64,000 nt of DNA from Candidatus Shapirobacteria bacterium. GTDB taxonomy: Bacteria > Patescibacteriota > Microgenomatia > UBA12405. The notes under the pieces were generated by a model. It made no database searches, had not been told where the DNA came from, and saw only the letters and a list, made by a program, of their open reading frames with translations. Shown here piece by piece: positions 58,446-64,000 of the stretch (positions within the stretch are counted from its first letter, which is position 1; every line of letters starts with the position of its first letter). The stretch is taken from NCBI GenBank assembly GCA_041658955.1, contig JBAZZE010000001.1, positions 16,676 to 80,675 of the forward strand, in the 5' to 3' direction. The position numbers and the translations under genes are program-made.

Positions 58446-59126
58446 CTATTGGTTTTCTTTCATCATGTTTTGGCCCATCCCATTCCAAGGTCTGATTTCA
58501 TCAACCTTAAAAATGTCGCTACTTTCCTGTGTCCCGATAAGTTTTATCTCTTCTCCTATCTCCATTTGTACTCGTCCCCGGACGATAGGTGATTCACCAT
58601 TTATATTCCATCGCTTTCCACTAAAATCTTTAATCACAAAATCATTTGCACTATTTATGCTGACTATTTCTCCTGAAAGATATCCAGACTGGGGGTTGCT
58701 CCATACCATCATTCTCATTGGCACCATTTGTCTATACAAGGAATATCTCGATTCCAAGCCACGGTCAATTCGGCTAGCAACGCCAATTCTAAACAGAATG
58801 CCTCCCATTAACATTCCAGTTAAAACTATTGCCAATCCTACTTGCCATTTGATAAATCGATATGATTTTTTAGTTTTTTGGAACAACAAAAAAGACGTAG
58901 ATAGAAAAATAATGGACATGGCTATCCACAAGTTCGGAGTTATGATGCTATCAATCAGACCAAACCAAGAAACTGAAACACCAAGTATTAATAAAATTAA
59001 GCTAACTACAAAACCAAGCCAGAGTAACCAGTTTTTAGCAACAAATTCCCACTTCGGTATTGGGCTCATTTGTTTTTGATGGATAAGTTTAAGTGTCTTA
59101 TCACTAATATTTGTTTTCTGTTTCAT
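58446..59126 (-). CDS. membrane protein, putative anti-sigma factor
   Basis: Start MKQKT overlaps the ECF stop; 3 TM helices and an OB-like tail. Confidence 0.65.
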   Translation of the reverse strand: MKQKTNISDKTLKLIHQKQMSPIPKWEFVAKNWLLWLGFVVSLILLILGVSVSWFGLIDSIITPNLWIAMSIIFLSTSFLLFQKTKKSYRFIKWQVGLAIVLTGMLMGGILFRIGVASRIDRGLESRYSLYRQMVPMRMMVWSNPQSGYLSGEIVSINSANDFVIKDFSGKRWNINGESPIVRGRVQMEIGEEIKLIGTQESSDIFKVDEIRPWNGMGQNMMKENQ

Positions 59127-59691
59127 ATATTTGTTTAAATTGTATTTTTGCTCTGGAAAGTAGGGTAGCCACCGTCCCCATTGGCTTCTGGAGAATGTCG
59201 CTAATTTCTTTATAATCCTTTTCTTCAAAAAATTTTAAGGCGATTACTTCTTTATATTCTGGTTTTAACTTATCTAAGACAGTTTTTATGTATTCATTAA
59301 AATGTTTGGTTACCGTCTCTTTCTCAATGTTTGTATCGGCTACTAGCCAGTCTACAAATTCGTCATCAGTTTCGTCGACTTCAATTCGCAATGATTGCTT
59401 ATGCTTTTTAATAAAATTAATGGCACTATTGTGAACAATTCGGTACATCCAGCTACTAAACTTCAAATCACAATCGCAGTCGTTTAAGTGGAGATAGGCA
59501 TTTACAAAGGAATCTTCGACTATATCAGCAATATCATCATCTGGAAGATAGGTAAACCGGTGTACATAACTAGTTAGTTTATCTTCATATCTTTTCATCA
59601 GACAATAAAAATATTGACTATCTTTTATAGATAGTGCCACCAGCTCATTATCCTCATAGTTTTGGCATTTTTGATCAATCATTGCTTCCAC
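59104..59691 (-). CDS. ECF RNA polymerase sigma factor
   Basis: DIVEDSFVNAY, FSSWMYRIVHN, YKEISDIL..GTVATLLSRAK. Confidence 0.92.
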   Translation of the reverse strand: MEAMIDQKCQNYEDNELVALSIKDSQYFYCLMKRYEDKLTSYVHRFTYLPDDDIADIVEDSFVNAYLHLNDCDCDLKFSSWMYRIVHNSAINFIKKHKQSLRIEVDETDDEFVDWLVADTNIEKETVTKHFNEYIKTVLDKLKPEYKEVIALKFFEEKDYKEISDILQKPMGTVATLLSRAKIQFKQIYETENKY

Positions 59692-59747
59692 CTATATTAT
59701 ATACAGTATATTTTTAACATTTCTTTCAAATATGCTAATATTTTTGT

Positions 59748-60683
59748 ATGAATAAAAACTCCTACCTTTTTACTTACCTAGTTATTGCTTCACTTTTAAC
59801 CCCAATTAGTGCATCTGCGTACTATATGTCAATGGATATTGGTACAGCTGGTAATGTCAGTTATTCTTATCCCTCAGTCTTAGGAGATGAAGATAAACCA
59901 GAAGAGAAAAAAGAGGAAAAGAAAGAAGAGAAAAAAGAAGATCAAAAACCAGAACCAAAAAAAGAAGAACCTAAAAAAGAAGACAAGCCCTCCCGTGTAG
60001 AAAACAAACCTGAAAAAATCGAAATAAAAAAAATCGAAAACAAAACTAGGGTGAATCTTATTAAGCAAGACAAGGTCAAACAGGAGCTAGAACCAGAGAA
60101 AGTCAGCATCAAATTCTCAGCTGTTCCCAAATTAACTCCTACTCGTACCCCAGAAAAAAATAATGAAGATAAGAATAAAATCGAAAATGAAGTAGAAACT
60201 GAGACTAAGACTGAAGCCGAGAAAGAAATGGACAAGACTGTCAAAGAGCGTGCTGAAAGAAAAGATGAGAAAGTAGAAATTCAGTCTGAAACTCATGATG
60301 ATGGCACTGTCGAAATGCAAATCGAGTCCCGTGATGTCAAAGCAAAAATCAAAGATAATGAAATTGAAGTAGACGTTAAAAACAACAGTGTTGGTACTAC
60401 CAACCAAGCTGGTGGTGATATCAAACTCATCCATCTGCCAGACCAAGCTATGCAAAAATTCATTGATAGGGGATTATCAACCGTCCCCGATACTATGGAA
60501 GTGGGCCAGTCAGGTGACAGTTTTGAATACACCATCGATGCCACTAAAAAGGAAAAACTGTTTGGCATCATTCCTCGTGAAGCCAAATACAAATTGAAGT
60601 TGGACGATCAAAATGGGGTCGTATCCGAGCAGAAAGTCGACAATAATATTGTTGAAAGATTACTAAACATTTTCTCTTTCTAG
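59748..60683 (+). CDS. secreted Lys/Glu-rich protein
   Basis: Signal peptide, EKKEE low-complexity segment, KLFGIIP tail. Confidence 0.75.
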   Translation: MNKNSYLFTYLVIASLLTPISASAYYMSMDIGTAGNVSYSYPSVLGDEDKPEEKKEEKKEEKKEDQKPEPKKEEPKKEDKPSRVENKPEKIEIKKIENKTRVNLIKQDKVKQELEPEKVSIKFSAVPKLTPTRTPEKNNEDKNKIENEVETETKTEAEKEMDKTVKERAERKDEKVEIQSETHDDGTVEMQIESRDVKAKIKDNEIEVDVKNNSVGTTNQAGGDIKLIHLPDQAMQKFIDRGLSTVPDTMEVGQSGDSFEYTIDATKKEKLFGIIPREAKYKLKLDDQNGVVSEQKVDNNIVERLLNIFSF

Positions 60684-60704
60684 CCACTAAAACTGTATAA
60701 TCAG

Positions 60705-61004
60705 TTGATGACTGATATTCAGAATTTACAGCAAAAAATTGCGAATTTAGAAGAAAGACTTAAAGTAGTTGAGGCTAGACTTGGTGCTACTTCTTCAAAT
60801 CAAGATTCCCAATTGATGGATGAACTCTACCAAAAATCTCGTTTTTTAGTAGTTCGTTATCAAAAAGCTTCAGCTATATTTCTGCAGAAAAAACTATTAA
60901 TCGACTATCCCCGAGCTAGTCAATTAATCATCCGTCTCGAAGAAGAAGGGGTGATAAGTTCTCCTAAATCTGATCATAGTCGGGATATTTTAGTAACCAA
61001 GTAA
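60705..61004 (+). CDS. stand-alone FtsK gamma-domain protein
   Basis: DELY..ASAIFLQKKLLIDYPRASQLIIRLEEEGVIS..RDILV. Confidence 0.8.
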   Translation: MMTDIQNLQQKIANLEERLKVVEARLGATSSNQDSQLMDELYQKSRFLVVRYQKASAIFLQKKLLIDYPRASQLIIRLEEEGVISSPKSDHSRDILVTK

Positions 61005-61048
61005 TCAAACTCCTACCATAATAGTATGAGTTATGTTTATAATACTTC

Positions 61049-61876
61049 ATGTTTCCAACATTCTTAATAACTTTTCGTGAGGTTTTAGAGGCCTTGGTCA
61101 TCGTCTCCATCATTATTGGATATCTAAAAAAATCCCAACGGACAGATTCTATTCGCATCGTCTGGCTAGCTACTTTTATAGCTTTTGCCTTAAGTTTCTT
61201 TTTGTTAGTTTTTGGAAGCTTTTTAGGATTTCAGCTTTCAAATTTTCATTCCAGCTATGAAGAATACATCGAAGGTACTTTGATGTTTATAACCGTCATC
61301 TTCATAACTTGGGCCATCTTTTTTCTTCATAATAATCTTGCCTCTACTCAAAGAAAGCTCACCGGTCATACGGTCAGAACAATAGATAATCAAAATAACT
61401 GGGGGATATTTGCGCTTATATTTACTTCAGTTTTTCGTGAAGGCATGGAGATAGTTCTATTCTTGTCCACACTTTTTATTAGTACCACCACTCAAAACAT
61501 TATTGGGGGATTTTTATTAGGTTTGTTTATTGGTGTGCTTACTGCGGCGACTTTCTATGGGGTTACTCAAAAATTTGAACTTCGTCGGATAACTGGATAC
61601 ATAAATATTTTTCTAATATTATTTGCCGGTGGTTTGCTAATGAGGGCGATACATGAGTTTACCGACGCCGGTTTAATTCCCAACATTGGTCAATTCTCAC
61701 TTAACTTTATTCCACCTGCATCAACTTTCATTGGCGGTGTATTTAAGAGTATTCTTGGTATAACCCAAAAATTAAACTTGATTCAGATCTCTGTTTATTT
61801 TGTATATATTCTGTTAATTAGCCAAAAAGCTTCAATTTTCCACAATTCTTCAAACAAAAATCTGCCTAAAGCTTAA
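61049..61876 (+). CDS. FTR1/EfeU iron permease
   Basis: Two RExxE motifs (FREVLEA, FREGMEI), ~7 TM helices. Confidence 0.9.
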   Translation: MFPTFLITFREVLEALVIVSIIIGYLKKSQRTDSIRIVWLATFIAFALSFFLLVFGSFLGFQLSNFHSSYEEYIEGTLMFITVIFITWAIFFLHNNLASTQRKLTGHTVRTIDNQNNWGIFALIFTSVFREGMEIVLFLSTLFISTTTQNIIGGFLLGLFIGVLTAATFYGVTQKFELRRITGYINIFLILFAGGLLMRAIHEFTDAGLIPNIGQFSLNFIPPASTFIGGVFKSILGITQKLNLIQISVYFVYILLISQKASIFHNSSNKNLPKA

Positions 61877-61917
61877 AAAATTTAATTTTGATTTGGATCT
61901 TTTGTGAATTCTAATAC

Positions 61918-62637
61918 ATGTTAAAATTCGTCATGTCCACCAATTTGGACCAGCAAAACAATAAATATTGGCAAAATTATCTTCCTGGCCAGGTTCCCTC
62001 AATCCCCCAATCAGTTCCTCTCAAGCTCCTCGACAATCTAAATGGTCCTATTCTCGATGTTGGAACAGGGGATGGGTTATTAGCTGAAAATCTCTCCCGT
62101 AAAGGACTAACAGTTTTTGCTATTGATATTGCCAAAAACATAATTGAAGAAAACCAGAAAAGAACTAGTCGTGTTGACTACTCCATTCAAAATATCACTG
62201 CAAAAACGAGTTTTCCATCCGAATATTTTGATCTAATAATTTTCAAATTTACCCTCACCAATATTCACAAAGAATCATGGAACAAACTAGGCAACGAGAT
62301 TTATCGTATTTTAAAACCAGGGGGCAAAATGTGGATTCTCGAACCGCTAGTCTCCGAGTCTTACCAAGATCGCTATCAATTAGCTACTAATTTTATAAAA
62401 GACCCACATTGTGTTTATGTATTTAACGACAAAGATCTTGCCGCAAAAATTAACACCGTATCAGACTTGAAAACTGCTATCAAAAACGACCAAGTTAGTC
62501 GAATTATTAAGCACTATACCCAAGAAGAATTAAAATCAATATTCCCCAAATTCAAACTCATTGACTCGCGAACTTTGGACATTCCATCTCCTTCTGGATT
62601 TCCTATAAAAACCTTTGAAGGAATATTTTCAAAATAA
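61918..62637 (+). CDS. class I SAM-dependent methyltransferase
   Basis: ILDVGTGDG, RILKPGG. Confidence 0.88.
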   Translation: MLKFVMSTNLDQQNNKYWQNYLPGQVPSIPQSVPLKLLDNLNGPILDVGTGDGLLAENLSRKGLTVFAIDIAKNIIEENQKRTSRVDYSIQNITAKTSFPSEYFDLIIFKFTLTNIHKESWNKLGNEIYRILKPGGKMWILEPLVSESYQDRYQLATNFIKDPHCVYVFNDKDLAAKINTVSDLKTAIKNDQVSRIIKHYTQEELKSIFPKFKLIDSRTLDIPSPSGFPIKTFEGIFSK

Positions 62638-62664
62638 TTTTCTTAAAAAATTAGTTAGTCTTAT

Positions 62665-63165
62665 TTATTCCACAGTTTTGTCACTTTTTCTTTTGCCCTC
62701 AACTGCTTCACGTAGTTGACCAACATCGTTCATGAGTTTCATTAGGTCGGTGCTGATCTTATCAAGACCTGATATTTTTTCCATCCATAAATCGTCCTCA
62801 CTATCTTCTTCTAAATCTTTTTTCTGAATCTCTTCGATATCTTCAGTCATTTCACCGACATCGTCTTCAATCCCCTCGACATCTTTTTGGATTTCATCAA
62901 TGTCTTCTTCTACATCTTCCAAACTTTCGGCATGCTTATTTACTGTCATTTGAATAAATAGTGATAAATATATGGCTTCAAGAGAGACTGCAGTCGTCAA
63001 AATCAGCATAACCTGATCAATACTAAATCCGATCGGAACTAATAGAAATATTCCTCCAAACAAAACTGTATGCACCACAATTGACCCGGTAGTTCCCATC
63101 ATTTGTGGAATTTTCTCAGATAATATAGCTACAAAATTAATTTTATTTTTATTTCTCTTGGTCAT
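62665..63165 (-). CDS. DUF1003 membrane protein
   Basis: LTTAVSLEAIYLSLFIQM followed by an acidic coiled coil. Confidence 0.8.
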   Translation of the reverse strand: MTKRNKNKINFVAILSEKIPQMMGTTGSIVVHTVLFGGIFLLVPIGFSIDQVMLILTTAVSLEAIYLSLFIQMTVNKHAESLEDVEEDIDEIQKDVEGIEDDVGEMTEDIEEIQKKDLEEDSEDDLWMEKISGLDKISTDLMKLMNDVGQLREAVEGKRKSDKTVE

Positions 63166-63300
63166 AGCTGTTTCACTTTTAAGACTGTCTATTCTCCTAC
63201 CATCGGAGTATTAAAACAACCCCCATATTTAAACTAAAAATTTATTGATGCTATACTGGTGCTGATCTAAAAAATCTTCATATTCTGTCCTATTTCAAAA

Positions 63301-64000
63301 TTGTTGCAACAAATAGATAGATATACTTACACCGTAACAGCACCCGAACAAACAGGTTTTGCAGTCGCTTCATGTACAGACTCAGTCACTGGGATTGTTG
63401 TTCGTACCCCCCTTGCCTCTCCTGAAAGAAGTTTCCCGGCTTTTATTGCTTATGTTGGCGCTCGTTTTTCTCGTGACCGAGATGGCATGGTTACTCTTAT
63501 GAGTAAAGTTGAAGCTGCGTACCAACAAGGAAGGTCTACCCCAGATGCTCGGCTTGCCAATATAGTTTCTGGATTAAAACATCAATCTCCAGGTGGGATG
63601 GCTCATGTAGCCGTTTCTATAGAAAATGTTCCCATTCTCACTGCAGCCTCACTATTTAGAAGGACAACTTTACATGATGGCCAAGAGTCATCAACCCGCT
63701 ACATCGATTTTGCATCGGGAAACGATTTACCGGCTTTAGAAACATTGTTGCCTCCAGGGACGAAAATTTCTCCAGAACTTATTAAAAAGTATCAGTCTCT
63801 CCAGACCAAATCTCTGGAAATGTATTTAGGCTGGTTCCCTAAGATTTTCGAAGCATACAAAAATCATTTCAAAGTTAACGAGTCAGAAAAATCGGAAGTT
63901 GATGCCCTTACTGCCCGGGCTTATGATACCGTTCGCGGTTTTCTATTATCTGGTTTTAGAACTTCGATGGTTTATGTCACCAATGCTACTACTATGCAGC
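63301..64000 (+). CDS. thyX: FAD-dependent thymidylate synthase-like protein, partial (runs off the window)
   Basis: Open frame from TTG 63301: ARFSR, KHQS..MAH, GQESSTRYIDF, AYDTVRGFL. Confidence 0.75.
   Translation, partial: MLQQIDRYTYTVTAPEQTGFAVASCTDSVTGIVVRTPLASPERSFPAFIAYVGARFSRDRDGMVTLMSKVEAAYQQGRSTPDARLANIVSGLKHQSPGGMAHVAVSIENVPILTAASLFRRTTLHDGQESSTRYIDFASGNDLPALETLLPPGTKISPELIKKYQSLQTKSLEMYLGWFPKIFEAYKNHFKVNESEKSEVDALTARAYDTVRGFLLSGFRTSMVYVTNATTMQ

Noticed and set aside
58417-59079. 220-aa + strand ORF
   Set aside because: Antisense shadow of the membrane gene coupled to the ECF sigma factor.
59890-59990. GAAAAGAAAGAA-type tandem repeats
   Set aside because: They encode a low-complexity EKKEE protein segment and are not an independent DNA element.
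1-64000. Alternative genetic code (UGA recoding)
   Set aside because: Conserved genes are full length under code 11, and several end at TGA at the expected position (e.g. trpS).

Overview
AT-rich bacterial chromosome segment. Gene content and style suggest Patescibacteria/CPR, Microgenomates-like (inference): CPR-type VirB4/DUF87 ATPase, CPR-type Xer-like recombinase, tRNA-Ile(UAU), tRNA-Asn with a group I intron, and -10 boxes directly before start codons. Standard genetic code. 1-25 kb is mostly core: a Trp-attenuated operon (WW leader peptide, tRNA-Trp, lone trpB, YbaK-TrpRS fusion, EamA transporter), three more tRNAs, a Xer-like recombinase, an ATPase, isoprenoid genes, transporters and dnaG-rpoD. 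At 24.7-25.7 kb an HTH/LAGLIDADG-like gene abuts tRNA-Asn(GUU), which is split by a 213-nt group I intron. Downstream is a long accessory tract. Its first 10 kb (HEPN-rich island, then single-gene modules) is punctuated by three ~120-bp copies of the tRNA 3' flank and by a 28-bp motif ending in the tRNA-terminal GAGCA, found 37-40 bp after successive stop codons. This looks like a tRNA-anchored, integron-like cassette array. Further on are oxidoreductases, stress genes, an SPFH gene whose 5' and 3' UTRs can base-pair, an ECF sigma locus and a partial thyX. All calls come from reading motifs by eye; no database searches were run.
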